64,000 nt of DNA from NCBI GenBank assembly GCA_951406725.2, contig OX597824.1, positions 21,204,001 through 21,268,000 on the forward strand, written 5' to 3'. Of the stretch, positions 63,628-64,000 are shown one piece after another. This stretch comes from Octopus vulgaris. Lineage: Eukaryota. The notes beneath the pieces are model-generated. The model did not search any database and was not told where the DNA came from. It saw nothing but the letters and a program-made list of their open reading frames with translations. Position numbers and translations under genes: made by a program. The first letter of the stretch is position 1; every line of letters starts with the position of its first letter.

Positions 63628-64000
63628 AGGCTGTCTGGTAAGTAGCCTTGCTTACCAACCACATGATTCCGGGTTCATTCCCACTGCGTGGCACCTTGGG
63701 CAACTGTCTTCTACTATAGCCTCGGGCCGACCAAAGCCTTGTGAGTGAATTTGGTAGACGGAAACTGAAAGAAGCCCGTCGTATATATATATATATATAT
63801 ACACATATACATACATATATGTATGAGTGAGTATATGTTTGTATGTCTGTATTTGTCACCCGAACATCGCTTGACATCCGATGCTGGTGTGTTTATGTCC
63901 CATGACTTAGCGATTCGGCAAAAAGGACTCATAGAACAAGTACTAGGCTTACAAAGAATAAGTCTTGGGATCGATTTGCTCGACTAAAGGCGGTGCTCCA
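63628..64000 (+). mobile_element. SINE family B running off the window end
   Basis: Family motifs. Confidence 0.85.

Larger units (their letters stand above)
35486..64000 (+). other. Probable long first intron of the BRSK gene (>28 kb)
   Basis: No exon encoding the expected LVKLG(V/I)HC...VAIKI was seen downstream by eye. Confidence 0.7.

Overview
Repeat-rich, AT-rich animal DNA, most likely octopus. That assignment is inferred from the tRNA-derived SINE types, the RTE, Dong and Penelope-like debris, and the very dense microsatellites. The only supportable host coding sequence is the 76-nt first coding exon of a BRSK/SAD-family kinase (35410-35485, +, [26 protein letters not shown]). I found no exon 2, so the rest of the window is probably one intron of more than 28 kb. 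The remainder holds a 28S rRNA fragment, several SINE families, 5'-truncated RTE, Tx1/L1 and Dong/R4 LINE ends, decayed maT and mariner transposons, TTAA-flanked MITEs and two Helitron-like copies. Almost all listed ORFs are microsatellite or repeat artefacts. The four most interesting signals are: (1) DNA palindromes carrying minimal hammerhead-ribozyme motifs; (2) a candidate recursive splice site or 15-nt poison microexon in the kinase intron; (3) a SINE that forms exact 184-bp tandem arrays, with target-site duplications (TSDs) suggesting self-targeted insertion; (4) a candidate uORF whose 3' end is complementary to the kinase start-codon region. Everything was read by eye. Repeat boundaries are approximate and family names need a database check.
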